A stretch of DNA of 64,000 bases, from positions 4,940 through 68,939 of the forward strand of contig CAYXGG010000004.1 in NCBI GenBank assembly GCA_964464475.1, written 5' to 3'. The stretch comes from an uncultured Planctomycetales bacterium (GTDB taxonomy: Bacteria > Omnitrophota > Gorgyraeia > Zapsychrales > JAHFFX01). The notes under the pieces are model-generated. The model had not been told where the DNA came from. It saw only the letters and a program-made list of their open reading frames with translations, and did no database searches. Within the stretch, counting starts at the first letter, position 1, and each line of letters begins with the position of its first letter. The translations under genes and the position numbers were made by a program. Positions 29,358 through 39,677 of this stretch are shown one piece after another.

Positions 29358-29889
29358 ATTTGATCCCCCGATCTGGCCCCCATACTGGTACTCTATCCTG
29401 CAGCACTTCAGAGACCACATAAAATATCAAATCCGCCGATGGCGGACATCCCGGCAGATAATAATCGACTTTAACGACCTGATGAAGCGGAACGACCCGG
29501 TCAATGAGTTTCTGGATTTCAGGTGAGGTCGGCACGTGCCCTTGGTCATTGCTCTCTGCCAAAACATAAGACCGTTCCAGCACGTGCTCTTTAGAGACAG
29601 TATTGCGTAACGACGACACATTCCCCGTGACCGCGCAGTCACCGAAAGCAATGAGGATCTTACTCCGCTCGCGGATATGCCGGATCTCACGCCAATGTTC
29701 GTCGCTGGCGACCGCCCCTTCCACCAGCGTCACATCCACATAGGGAAATTCTTTGCCATCAACAATAGGGCTACGCACAATGTCCGCCAACTTGACCACT
29801 TCCAAAATCCTTTCGTCCATATCCAACAACGACATGTGACACCCCGAACATCCCGCGAGCCAAACCGTAGCTAATTTTTTTTTGATCAT
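29350..29889 (-). CDS. hoxY: Bidirectional hydrogenase small subunit
   Basis: WLAGCSGCHMS, FGDCAVTGN and LPGCPP. Short 179-aa form with one cluster. Confidence 0.95.
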   Translation of the reverse strand: MIKKKLATVWLAGCSGCHMSLLDMDERILEVVKLADIVRSPIVDGKEFPYVDVTLVEGAVASDEHWREIRHIRERSKILIAFGDCAVTGNVSSLRNTVSKEHVLERSYVLAESNDQGHVPTSPEIQKLIDRVVPLHQVVKVDYYLPGCPPSADLIFYVVSEVLQDRVPVWGPDRGIKYG

Positions 29890-30596
29890 AGGCCCAACTT
29901 CCTTTTTTCAACTAAGTCTGTCACCACATTAGGAAACTTTTCCATTTGCCCCTGAAAGGTATATTTGTTCCATAGCGCTCCTGTCGGGCAAACCTGCAAA
30001 CATTTACTGCACCACGTGCATGTTTCGGATTGTCCCCAAGGCTGATTAAAATCAGCAATCAACCGTGCTTGCACACCGCGGTTCATGATGTTCCAATTGT
30101 GCGCGCCTTCCACTTCCGAACATACCCGCACGCATCGCGTGCAAAGAATGCACCGATTATGATCCAACACATATTTGGGATGAGAAGCATCCACCGAGCA
30201 GTTTTGGTTTAAATAGGGAAAACGCACATGGTCCATGCCCACATTACGGGCCAAATCTTGTAATTCGCAATTGTTATTAGCCACACACACCGCGCAGATG
30301 TGGTTTCGTTCTGAAAAAAACAATTCCACAATCATTCGCCGATATTGTTGTAATTTTTGAGAATTAGTGCGGATCACCTGGTTGGCCGCCGCTTTCGTCG
30401 TACATGCAGGTAACAACTTCGCGATGCCTTCAACCTCAACTAAACAAAGACGGCACGCGCCCACGTCCGTTAACCCGTCAAAATGGCACATCACGGGAAT
30501 AGGAATCTCTAATTCTCGACAAATCTCCAGGATCGTCTTGCCGCTCTCAACTTCTACAGCTTTTCCATCAATCGTAATCGGGATTTTCAACGCCAT
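29886..30596 (-). CDS. hoxU: Diaphorase Fe-S subunit
   Basis: 2Fe-2S (MCH...GACRLC...AC), HICAVCVANNNC and 2x4Fe-4S (CILCTRCVRVC, CTWCSKCLQVCP). Confidence 0.95.
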   Translation of the reverse strand: MALKIPITIDGKAVEVESGKTILEICRELEIPIPVMCHFDGLTDVGACRLCLVEVEGIAKLLPACTTKAAANQVIRTNSQKLQQYRRMIVELFFSERNHICAVCVANNNCELQDLARNVGMDHVRFPYLNQNCSVDASHPKYVLDHNRCILCTRCVRVCSEVEGAHNWNIMNRGVQARLIADFNQPWGQSETCTWCSKCLQVCPTGALWNKYTFQGQMEKFPNVVTDLVEKRKLGL

Positions 30597-30605
30597 AGTT
30601 CCTCC

Positions 30606-32255
30606 TCAATGCGTGGCTTCCGCCTGCAAATAGGCTAAATATTCATGACGAAAATACCGCAACGTACTTAATAATGGATTGGGCGCGGACATTCCCAACC
30701 CACAGAGGCTGGTGTCTTTCACAAACGGAGCCAATTCTTCCAGTAATTCCAAATCTCGGACCGTTCCTTGACGGGAACAAATTTTGGTTAGCAAATCATA
30801 CATTTGTTTCGTACCAACACGGCAAGGCACGCACTTGCCGCAGGATTCATCCATACAAAATTCCATAAAAAACCGTGCCACGTCCACCATGTCGGACGTT
30901 TCGTCCATGACGATCAAACCGCCGGATCCCATGATCGACCCCAAACTGACCAACGATTCATAATCAACCTTAGTGTCCAGATGATCTTTGGGGATACACC
31001 CGCCGGACGGACCCCCGGTTTGGGCGGCTTTAAACTCTTTCCCTCCCGGGATCCCGCCGCCGATGTCATAAATGATTTCCCGTAACGTCATACCCATAGG
31101 GACCTCGATCAATCCGGAATTATTAATTTTTCCGGCGAGCGCAAACACTTTCGTTCCGGCACTCTTTGCCGTGCCGAACTGACCGAACCATTCTCCCCCC
31201 TGCAATATAATCGGAGCAATGTTAGCCAACGTTTCCACGTTATTGATTAACGTCGGCTTGCCCCACAACCCGGATTCCGCCGGATATGGCGGACGGGGAC
31301 GCGGCGTTCCCCGTCGGCCTTCGATAGACGCAATCAAAGCGGTCTCTTCCCCACAAACAAAGGCGCCCGCGCCAATGCGGATCTCCACATCAAAACTAAA
31401 ATCGCTTCCCAAAATATTCTGACCGAGTAACCCGTATTTGCGGGCCTGTTTGATGGCCATGTCAAACCGTTTAATGGCCAACGGATATTCACCTCGGATA
31501 TAAGCAAAACCTTTCTGCGCGCCCACCGCGTAACCGGCGATGATCATGCCTTCCAAGACCCGATGCGGGTCACCTTCCAAAACACTGCGGTCCATAAAGG
31601 CCCCGGGGTCCCCTTCATCCCCATTACAAATAACGTATTTGTCGGCGGAGACATATTTATAAACGGTCTCCCATTTTAATCCCGTTGGGAAACCGGCCCC
31701 ACCCCGACCGCGCAAGCGGCTTTCTTTTATTTCCCCGATGACTTCTTCGGAAGAATATTGGCAGACGGCCTTCTGCAAAGCCAAATAACCGTCGACGCTA
31801 ATATATTCCTCGATGCTCTCAGGATTAATGCTGCCGCAGTTACTTAAAACAATCTTCACCTGCTTTTTAAAAAATGGGTCCTGAGAAGCGTCCGCGGAAA
31901 CTTTTTCTCGCGTGTCGGAAAAAAGAAAGAATTCCTTCACGGGAACATTCTCCATAAAATGCTTTTCAACAATGCCTTCCACTTGATCAGGTTCTTTGAT
32001 CTTTTGATAAAAAGTCTGATCCGGCAGGACCTTGACCATGGGACCCTGATTGCATAGCCCCATGCAACCGGAAGGAACAACCCGGATCTCCTGCGCCAAA
32101 CCTCGCTCCTGAATAGCGCTGGTCATGGATTTTAAAACCACCTCACTGCCCGATGAGGCGCAACCGGAACCGCAGCACACGCACACTTTTTTTCTGAATT
32201 TCGCGTTCTCAACTTTTACGTCTTGAGCAATCTTGTTTAATTCGTGCAAATTCAT
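30606..32255 (-). CDS. hoxF: Diaphorase FMN/NAD subunit
   Basis: N-terminal thioredoxin-like 2Fe-2[31 protein letters not shown] and [10 protein letters not shown]. Confidence 0.95.
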   Translation of the reverse strand: MNLHELNKIAQDVKVENAKFRKKVCVCCGSGCASSGSEVVLKSMTSAIQERGLAQEIRVVPSGCMGLCNQGPMVKVLPDQTFYQKIKEPDQVEGIVEKHFMENVPVKEFFLFSDTREKVSADASQDPFFKKQVKIVLSNCGSINPESIEEYISVDGYLALQKAVCQYSSEEVIGEIKESRLRGRGGAGFPTGLKWETVYKYVSADKYVICNGDEGDPGAFMDRSVLEGDPHRVLEGMIIAGYAVGAQKGFAYIRGEYPLAIKRFDMAIKQARKYGLLGQNILGSDFSFDVEIRIGAGAFVCGEETALIASIEGRRGTPRPRPPYPAESGLWGKPTLINNVETLANIAPIILQGGEWFGQFGTAKSAGTKVFALAGKINNSGLIEVPMGMTLREIIYDIGGGIPGGKEFKAAQTGGPSGGCIPKDHLDTKVDYESLVSLGSIMGSGGLIVMDETSDMVDVARFFMEFCMDESCGKCVPCRVGTKQMYDLLTKICSRQGTVRDLELLEELAPFVKDTSLCGLGMSAPNPLLSTLRYFRHEYLAYLQAEATH

Positions 32256-32773
32256 GACGGCACCCCGACCTTTGCATTTAACACATCTACGGCTTCCTGA
32301 GCCTTTAATCTTCCCACGACTTTCTCATCGACCACAATCACCGGAGCCAACCCGCAAGCCCCCAGACAGCGCGCGGTCTGCAGTCCCAAGCGATTATCTT
32401 TGGTCACTTCTCCGGGCTTCAGGTGATAATCTTCAGCGATTTTATCCAAAATCATGTTGGCCCCTTTCACGTAGCACGCCGTACCCGTGCACACCAAACA
32501 CGTGTGCTCACCTTTAGGCTTTAAGGAGAAAAAATGATAAAACGTGATGACGCCAAAAACCCGGCTGGGAGGCAGAGACAATTGTTGCGCGATAAACTGG
32601 ATAACGTTAAGCGGCAGATATCCATACGCGCTTTGCGCGGTATGTAGGATTTGGATCAGCGATTCCGGACGGCCCTGCTCTTTTTTGATTGCGGCCAAGA
32701 TAAGTTTGGAACGAGGGTCTTCTTTCGGCAACGTCCTAACAGTCCGTTGCCGAACCATTTGATATTGGGGCAT
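32252..32773 (-). CDS. hoxE: Diaphorase 2Fe-2S subunit
   Basis: VCTGTAC and [10 protein letters not shown], NuoE-like. Confidence 0.93.
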   Translation of the reverse strand: MPQYQMVRQRTVRTLPKEDPRSKLILAAIKKEQGRPESLIQILHTAQSAYGYLPLNVIQFIAQQLSLPPSRVFGVITFYHFFSLKPKGEHTCLVCTGTACYVKGANMILDKIAEDYHLKPGEVTKDNRLGLQTARCLGACGLAPVIVVDEKVVGRLKAQEAVDVLNAKVGVPS

Positions 32774-32799
32774 AGGAACCTCACTTCTTAATTGACTCC

Positions 32800-33789
32800 T
32801 TAGTAAAATGTTTTCAGCGCCTTCATGTAATTGGCTCGTTCAAAAGCTTCGGGATTAGGGCAACGCTGCTGACTTAAACTGCCTTTCATCTGGGTCACGG
32901 AATCATAGTTGTGTTCTTCCATCCACCTTTTCATTTCCTCCAAAACCGTCTCCACATGATCAATACCGTTTTTTAATAGGGCCGAACACATCATCGTCAC
33001 GTCAGCCCCCGCCATCAGCATTTTTAAAACATCGCTGGCTTCATGGATGCCGCTCGTCGCGGCTAAACTTAATTTCAAATGACCATAAAGGATCGCAACC
33101 CAACGTAACGGTAGCCGCATCGCCTGCGGCGTGCTCAGCAACACGTTCGGGACGACGACTAAGTTCTCGATGTCCAAATCCGGTTGATAAAATCGGTTAA
33201 AAAGCACCAAACCGTCCGCTCCGACGGCTTCCAAACGCTTGGCCATGTTCGCCAGGGCGCTAAAAAAGGGACTGATTTTCACGGCCACCGGAATGCTCAC
33301 CGTGGACTTGACTGCTTTTAAAATATTGATGTATCTTTGTTCAATCTCCGTACTGCTCGCGTTAAAATCCGTGGCCATAAAATAAATATTAAGTTCAATC
33401 GCGTCGGCGCCCGCCTCTTGCATCAGTTTGGCGTAACGAATCCAGCCGCCTTCCGAATGACCGTTTAAGCTGCCAATGACCGGGATCTTCACAGCCGCTT
33501 TGGCCTGTCGCAAATGGTTCAGGTATTCATCCGGGCCTAAAATCAACTCATCCGGTTCCGGAAAAAAGGTCAATGATTCAGCATAACTTTCGGTCCCGTA
33601 AGAGAGATAATGATTCAATTCTTTGATTTCTTTTTGAATCTGTTCTTCAAAGAGAGAATACATGACCACGGCCGAGGCCCCGGCATCTTCCAATTGTCTA
33701 AAATTATTAATGCTTCCCGACAAAGGAGACGCGGAAGCAACCAAGGGATTTTTTAATTTCAGACCTAAATAATGCGTCGTGAGATCCAT
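32800..33789 (-). CDS. Dihydroorotate dehydrogenase-like flavoprotein
   Basis: MDLTTHYLGLKLKNPL, ADAIELNIY, PVAVKISP and LFNRFYQPD. Start at MDLT 33789. Confidence 0.88.
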   Translation of the reverse strand: MDLTTHYLGLKLKNPLVASASPLSGSINNFRQLEDAGASAVVMYSLFEEQIQKEIKELNHYLSYGTESYAESLTFFPEPDELILGPDEYLNHLRQAKAAVKIPVIGSLNGHSEGGWIRYAKLMQEAGADAIELNIYFMATDFNASSTEIEQRYINILKAVKSTVSIPVAVKISPFFSALANMAKRLEAVGADGLVLFNRFYQPDLDIENLVVVPNVLLSTPQAMRLPLRWVAILYGHLKLSLAATSGIHEASDVLKMLMAGADVTMMCSALLKNGIDHVETVLEEMKRWMEEHNYDSVTQMKGSLSQQRCPNPEAFERANYMKALKTFY

Positions 33790-33802
33790 AGTATTTCTCT
33801 GG

Positions 33803-36800
33803 TTATTGTTTTTGTTGATTCCCATTGGAAGTAGCGGCCATCGCGCTTAATATTTTCCAACGCTCCTGAACGTCTTTTTTGGCTAAATCCATTAACCGGC
33901 GCGCTTCATCCGGATGGCTTTTCGTCAACATTTTGTAACGGTTCTGACGATATGCGTATTCCTGCAGAGGCACCGTCGGTCCTCCGGAATCCAATACCAA
34001 CGGCGGCTTACCTTCATACGCGAGTAGCGGATTGTAACGAAAAAGTGGCCAATAACCGGTCTGCACCGCTGCCTTGTGCTCTTGTAAAGCGGTGGTCATA
34101 TTGATCCCATGCGCGATGCAATGGCTATAGGCAATAATCAGCGACGGGCCGTCATAGGCTTCCGCCTCCAGAAAAGCGCGTACCGTGTGCTCGTCTTTCG
34201 CGCCGAAAGCAACGCTAGCGATATAAATATTCCCGTACGTCATCATCATCCGCGCCAAATCTTTCTTCCCTTGGGTCTTACCACCGGCTGAAAATTTGGC
34301 CACTGCGCCTCGCGGCGTGGACTTCGACATTTGACCACCCGTATTGGAATACACTTCCGTATCAAGAACCAACACATTCAGGTTTTGCCCGGAGGACAGC
34401 ACGTGATCCAACCCCCCAAAACCGATGTCGTAGGCCCACCCATCTCCGCCGATTATCCAGATACTTTTTTTAACCAGCATATCGGCCAGTTCCAGCAAGC
34501 GTTTAGCTTCCCAGCGAGCCAGCTTTGACAATTTCTGTTTTAAAATGTCAACCCGTTCCCGTTGTTCCTGAATTTCTGATTCATCATGTTGAGGAGAATG
34601 CAGCAACCCGTCAACCAGCGATGAACCTAAATCATTCGCCAATACTTTGACGAACTCTTCCGCCATCTGTCGTTGTTTGTTAACCGACAATCGAAATCCC
34701 AAACCGAATTCTGCATTGTCCTCAAACAGCGAATTGCTCCAGGCGGGACCCCGACCGGCATTATTTCTGGCCCACGGGGTCGTCGGTAAATTCCCGCCGT
34801 AAATGGAAGAGCAACCGGTCGCGTTGGCGATCAGCGCTCGATCTCCGAATAATTGTGACATCAATTTCAAATATGGCGTTTCTCCACACCCCGCGCAGGC
34901 GCCGGAAAACTCAAACAAGGGTTTAGCCGCTTGCAAGCCGCGTACAGTATTCAACTTAAGCAACGAACGGTCCACCTCAGGGAGACGCGTGAAATGATCC
35001 CAATCGGTCCGACCTTGCGCGACGATTTCTCCCGCCGGTCGAATATTGAGGGCCTTAATGCGCGTTTCGGTTTTGCTGCGCGCCGGACAAACATCGGCAC
35101 ATAATCCGCATCCTGTGCAATCATCAACAGAGACCTGGATCGTAAATTGTTGATCTTTAAATTCTGGGTCTTTGGCAGGCATATATTTGAAACCGGAAGG
35201 CATCTGTGGAATTAAGTCGGCCGTGAACACTTTGGTACGAATGACGGAATGGGGACATACAAATACGCATTTACCGCACTGAATGCACAGATCCGGTTTC
35301 CACTCAGGTAACTCCGTGGCGATCCCTCGCTTTTCCCACTGGGCTGTTCCCGTCGGATAAGTCCCATCAACCGGCAACCGGCTGACGGGCAGCTTATCCC
35401 CGCACATAGCCATCATGGGCGCCGTCACCTGTTTGATGAAATCTGGCGCCGACGGATGGACGCCGGTATTGCGCTGGCGAGTAGCAGTGACTTTTGTAGG
35501 TACGGTCACTTCCTGCAGCCGTTGCAAGGCAATGTCAACCGCCTGATAATTCATCTGGACAATCTCATCACCTTTTTTACTATAAGTCTTTTTTATAAAA
35601 TCTTTAATCAACTGGATCGCCGCGGCCTTTGGCAAAACGTTGGAAATAGCAAAGAAACACGCCTGCATGATGGTATTGATGCGTCCCCCCATCCCCGTCT
35701 CAATGGCGACCTTGCTGGCATCAATAACAAAGAACTTTAATTTCTTATCAATGATCGTCTGCTGCACTTCCCGCGGCAAATGGTCCCAGACCTGACTGGC
35801 GGCGTAAGGGCTATCTAAAAGAAAAATACCCTTCTCTTCTATTTTTTCCAAAACATCAAACTTTTCCAAGAATCCGAATTGATGACAACCCACAAAATTA
35901 GCCCGACTGATCAAATAGGACGACCGAATCGGGTTCGGGCCAAAACGCAAATGCGATATCGTCATCGATCCGGATTTCTTGGAATCATAAACAAAATATC
36001 CTTGGGCGTAATTGTCCGTGTTCTCGCCGATGATTTTAATCGTATTTTTGTTAGCGCTCACCGTTCCATCAGACCCTAATCCATAAAAAATGGCTCGGAC
36101 CGTCCCGGCACCTTCCGTGCTAAACGTCCCATCAACCTCTAAACTGCTGTGCGCAACATCATCATGAATCCCAACGGTAAAATGCCGCTTCGGATCTTTC
36201 TTGAGCAATTCATCAAAAACCGCCTTGGCCATGGCCGGGGTGAATTCTTTCGATGCTAATCCGTATCGTCCTCCAATAATATTAGGTAGCGCCTTTAAAA
36301 TACGCTGGCCGGCTTCTTGGACGGCGTTGACCACGTCCAAGTAAAGTGGTTCGCCCGCGCTGCCCGGTTCTTTCGTCCGATCGAGGACCGCGATGCTTTT
36401 CACAGTCGAAGGTAACGCCGCGACGAATCTCTCAACATCAAACGGACGAAACAAGCGAACCCGCAAAACACCGACCGATTGCCCTTTCGCATTAAGGTGC
36501 TCGACAGTTTCCATAATCGCCTCGGCGCTGGATCCCATCGTGACAATCACCCGTTCAGCATTGGATGGTCCGATATACTCATAGAGTTGGTAGCCACGTC
36601 CCGTCAACTGTTTCAGTTTGTCCATTTCTTGTTGAACAATACCCGGGCACGCCAGATAAAAAGCGTTGGCTGCCTCTCGGGCCTGAAAATAAACATCCGG
36701 ATTCTGCGCCGTCCCGCGCATGACCGGCCGGTCAGGAGTTAACGCTCTCAAGCGATGCGCTGAAATCAAATCCTCAGGGATCATTTGCTTCAACACGTCC

Positions 36801-37363
36801 AGATCAAGAACATCTATTTTGGAAATTTCATGAGAAGTCCTAAAACCATCAAAAAAATGAACAAATGGGACCCGAGATTTCAACGTTGCCGCGTGGGCAA
36901 TTAAAGCAAAATCCATGACCTCCTGCACATTGCCGGAAGAAAGTAACGCAAATCCGGTTGAGCGCGCGGCCATCACGTCTTGATGATCCCCAAAAATCGA
37001 CAAGCCTTGCGCGGCGATCGCGCGAGACGCGACATGAAATACCGTCGAGGTCAACTCGCCGGCAATCTTATACATATTAGGCAACATCAACAGCAGCCCT
37101 TGAGATGCGGTAAACGTCGTGGCCAAGGAGCCTGACTGCAGCGCCCCGTGCAACACCCCCACCGCGCCCACCTCGCTTTGCATTTCCTGCACCAAGGGAA
37201 CGGTGTCCCATAAATTCTTGATTCCGGCGCAGGCCCATTCGTCCGCCAACTCTCCCATCGTTGACGACGGGGTGATCGGATAGATGGCGATCACTTCATT
37301 TAATCGATAAGCGATGTAAGCGGCCGCTTCATTGCCTTCTAACGTCTTTTTTAATTTGACCAT
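33803..37363 (-). CDS. nifJ: Pyruvate:ferredoxin/flavodoxin oxidoreductase (fused, NifJ-type)
   Basis: YPITPS, MQSE, CIQCGKCVFVCP, CTGCGLCADVCP, GACAGCGE and GGDGWAYDIG (TPP motif). Confidence 0.97.
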   Translation of the reverse strand: MVKLKKTLEGNEAAAYIAYRLNEVIAIYPITPSSTMGELADEWACAGIKNLWDTVPLVQEMQSEVGAVGVLHGALQSGSLATTFTASQGLLLMLPNMYKIAGELTSTVFHVASRAIAAQGLSIFGDHQDVMAARSTGFALLSSGNVQEVMDFALIAHAATLKSRVPFVHFFDGFRTSHEISKIDVLDLDVLKQMIPEDLISAHRLRALTPDRPVMRGTAQNPDVYFQAREAANAFYLACPGIVQQEMDKLKQLTGRGYQLYEYIGPSNAERVIVTMGSSAEAIMETVEHLNAKGQSVGVLRVRLFRPFDVERFVAALPSTVKSIAVLDRTKEPGSAGEPLYLDVVNAVQEAGQRILKALPNIIGGRYGLASKEFTPAMAKAVFDELLKKDPKRHFTVGIHDDVAHSSLEVDGTFSTEGAGTVRAIFYGLGSDGTVSANKNTIKIIGENTDNYAQGYFVYDSKKSGSMTISHLRFGPNPIRSSYLISRANFVGCHQFGFLEKFDVLEKIEEKGIFLLDSPYAASQVWDHLPREVQQTIIDKKLKFFVIDASKVAIETGMGGRINTIMQACFFAISNVLPKAAAIQLIKDFIKKTYSKKGDEIVQMNYQAVDIALQRLQEVTVPTKVTATRQRNTGVHPSAPDFIKQVTAPMMAMCGDKLPVSRLPVDGTYPTGTAQWEKRGIATELPEWKPDLCIQCGKCVFVCPHSVIRTKVFTADLIPQMPSGFKYMPAKDPEFKDQQFTIQVSVDDCTGCGLCADVCPARSKTETRIKALNIRPAGEIVAQGRTDWDHFTRLPEVDRSLLKLNTVRGLQAAKPLFEFSGACAGCGETPYLKLMSQLFGDRALIANATGCSSIYGGNLPTTPWARNNAGRGPAWSNSLFEDNAEFGLGFRLSVNKQRQMAEEFVKVLANDLGSSLVDGLLHSPQHDESEIQEQRERVDILKQKLSKLARWEAKRLLELADMLVKKSIWIIGGDGWAYDIGFGGLDHVLSSGQNLNVLVLDTEVYSNTGGQMSKSTPRGAVAKFSAGGKTQGKKDLARMMMTYGNIYIASVAFGAKDEHTVRAFLEAEAYDGPSLIIAYSHCIAHGINMTTALQEHKAAVQTGYWPLFRYNPLLAYEGKPPLVLDSGGPTVPLQEYAYRQNRYKMLTKSHPDEARRLMDLAKKDVQERWKILSAMAATSNGNQQKQ

Positions 37364-37407
37364 GACTACTTTCTTGACTCTAAAATTAAACCCTTTGGTG
37401 ATTTAGA

Positions 37408-38049
37408 TTACCAACCCAAATATTTCATTCCCATTCCAAGAATAATAAACGTCATTGCTGCCAACGCCTGCGGCCAACGCGTCGCCTGAAACTTAGGCAT
37501 CCGCAAATAATTCATCCCCCATAACCCCGTGGCGACCAACCCGATCATGGTTACCATGGTGCTCAGCCCAAAAGCACCCACCACCATCCATTTCATACTC
37601 GGGAAATGTGTCCAATCCGGTAAAGAAAGGATGGGAATAAGCGGTTCACAAGGACCAACGACGAAGAAAACAATCAGCGCCACCTTGAGCGCCTGACCTT
37701 TAACTTGAAGATCCTCAGCTTGAGTGGCGACAATTTCTTTTCGCAACGCCCAGATTAAATAAACAACGCCCGTCACTATGAGCACCCAGGCCGCGACATC
37801 CCCCCGCAAAGATTCAAATACTTCCCATCTGAAGAAAGAAAATTTCATGGCGAGAAGGGCTTGCCCGATCACCATCGCGAACATGACATGCGATAACGCG
37901 CATAACATCGTTAGTCCCATCACCTTCCTTAGATTCAAACGCTGGGCTTTGGCCAACGCGATAATCGGCACATAATGATCCGGCCCCAGGATGGCATGAG
38001 TGACTCCTGTCAAAAACGCAAAACACAACCAACCCATCAATTCGTTCAT
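37408..38049 (-). CDS. UreH/HupE-like nickel uptake membrane protein
   Basis: HAILGPDHY metal motif in the TM1 region, GPCEP, about 6 TM helices and hydrogenase context. Confidence 0.75.
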   Translation of the reverse strand: MNELMGWLCFAFLTGVTHAILGPDHYVPIIALAKAQRLNLRKVMGLTMLCALSHVMFAMVIGQALLAMKFSFFRWEVFESLRGDVAAWVLIVTGVVYLIWALRKEIVATQAEDLQVKGQALKVALIVFFVVGPCEPLIPILSLPDWTHFPSMKWMVVGAFGLSTMVTMIGLVATGLWGMNYLRMPKFQATRWPQALAAMTFIILGMGMKYLGW

Positions 38050-38067
38050 GTTAACCTCCCATCCGAC

Positions 38068-39666
38068 TCACATAGCCCCGCCCGTATGACAATCAAAACA
38101 TTTCATATCACGCCACAAACCATCATCTTCAAACGGATGTTCAAACTCCAAACCTTCAACACTTCTCTTAGGCTGGCTAGCCGGACCCTGTTCGATGATC
38201 GTATGACACACGTCGCATTGCTGCGTGATGACTTTACCTTCAACCGATTTATGTTCTTCGTCATGACAACGAAAGCAACCGGGAGAATTCATATGGCCAA
38301 TATTATCTGGATACGCGTCCCACCGCGCTTTCATCTCTGGGAAGAAATTATGCTGAAATAAATCCACTAACGTCGTCGCCGCTTGATCAACCTGCGCGCC
38401 TTGCTGCGCTAAAACCTCGGGATAGTTCTCCTGATAATACGCCAGCAGGTTAGTTCTAATTTCCTGAATCGCCTGCTGTTCCGTTTCATACGTTTGGCTA
38501 AGTAGCTTTAAAGCAACTTCCTTCAATCCAGGCAAAGTTTCGGGCATTTTTCCTTGAACCATAGCTTGGTTAATGAGTCGATCGGGAGCGCGATAATGAT
38601 GAGAAGGCCGATTATGGCAATCCATGCAGTCCATTTTGCGAATCTGACTGGGAAGCGGCGCCTTATCTTTAAAAACTGAATTGTCCGTGACATACACCGT
38701 CTCCTGGCCATCTTTGGCAACACTCTTCACCCAAGTAATGTCTTGCCGCTTCTCATCTTCGGCGGCGTAATAAATGTCGTGATCAATGTACATATGCGCG
38801 TGGATGCCAGCATCACTGTTCTCGCTTCGCCCAATCGGCAACAGCATCCGCAATGACCATTTTTCTTTGTCCGCGGAAGAAGGATAATAGGTTCTTTTCA
38901 TTTCTACGGAACTGTAGAATTGCCCCGGCCAGTGACAATGCTCACAGGTTTCTTTGGCGGGACGAAGATTCTTAACGGGAGTGGGGATCGGTTTGGGATA
39001 AGATTTTTGAATCGTTTTGAAAACCTGGCGAAGGCCGGACATTTTTGAGCGAACGTACCAATCCGCGCCCGGACCAATATGGCATTCCACACATTTAACA
39101 TTGGCATGCGGGGAATGCTGATAAGCGGTATATTGTGGTTTCATCACATCATGGCAGGTGGTGCCACAAAACTTAACGGATTCGGAGTATTGAAAGGCTT
39201 TATACGAACCAATGGCCGTCATGACCAAAACAATCGTTGTCCCCACCGAGAAAACAAAAATGGCATTACGGTGCTCTGGATTGGTGGGATCAATAAGGAT
39301 CGATTTGGGTTCAATTTGAGAATGACCTAAAGCAACACGCCTTCTTTTCCAGAGCGCCCCCACGGGAATCAGAAATAAACCTCCAATTAAAAATGGCGGC
39401 AGAATCAGATAGGTAAAAATAGCGAGGTAGATGTTGGATCCACCGGAAAAGAAATCAATACCGAACAATAAGAGTTCGGCCACAATGGTTAAACCGGCCA
39501 AAAATAAACCAAAATATGTAGTGCTGTTGTAGAAATACGCCGAAAATCGGTGGGGAGGTTGACCACCGTGAACATTTTCTGAATTAGATTTTTCCGATTG
39601 TTCAGTCATATTGGTTTTGGTTAGCGACACAGGTTCCGGCCGAAGGGCCGGAACCTCTATCCCCAC
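38068..39666 (-). CDS. Membrane-anchored NapC/NrfH-like multiheme cytochrome c (7 heme motifs)
   Basis: 3 N-terminal TM helices, CGTTCHDVM (CX3CHxxM), CVECH, CEHCH, CMDCH, CFRCH, CDVCH and CFDCH. Start uncertain (possibly ATG 39609). Confidence 0.88.
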   Translation of the reverse strand: MGIEVPALRPEPVSLTKTNMTEQSEKSNSENVHGGQPPHRFSAYFYNSTTYFGLFLAGLTIVAELLLFGIDFFSGGSNIYLAIFTYLILPPFLIGGLFLIPVGALWKRRRVALGHSQIEPKSILIDPTNPEHRNAIFVFSVGTTIVLVMTAIGSYKAFQYSESVKFCGTTCHDVMKPQYTAYQHSPHANVKCVECHIGPGADWYVRSKMSGLRQVFKTIQKSYPKPIPTPVKNLRPAKETCEHCHWPGQFYSSVEMKRTYYPSSADKEKWSLRMLLPIGRSENSDAGIHAHMYIDHDIYYAAEDEKRQDITWVKSVAKDGQETVYVTDNSVFKDKAPLPSQIRKMDCMDCHNRPSHHYRAPDRLINQAMVQGKMPETLPGLKEVALKLLSQTYETEQQAIQEIRTNLLAYYQENYPEVLAQQGAQVDQAATTLVDLFQHNFFPEMKARWDAYPDNIGHMNSPGCFRCHDEEHKSVEGKVITQQCDVCHTIIEQGPASQPKRSVEGLEFEHPFEDDGLWRDMKCFDCHTGGAM

Positions 39667-39677
39667 AATTCAAATTG

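Noticed and set aside
24572-29420. Long N-terminal extensions of hypC, hoxW and hoxH in the ORF track
   Set aside because: They overlap upstream genes. Downstream ATGs match the family N-termini (MCLAVPG, MSSN, MVNQ).
29886-32773. Complex I nuoEFG or a bifurcating [FeFe] hydrogenase
   Set aside because: It is adjacent to [NiFe] hoxYH. The F subunit lacks the C-terminal 2x[4Fe-4S] extension and the U subunit lacks an H-cluster domain.
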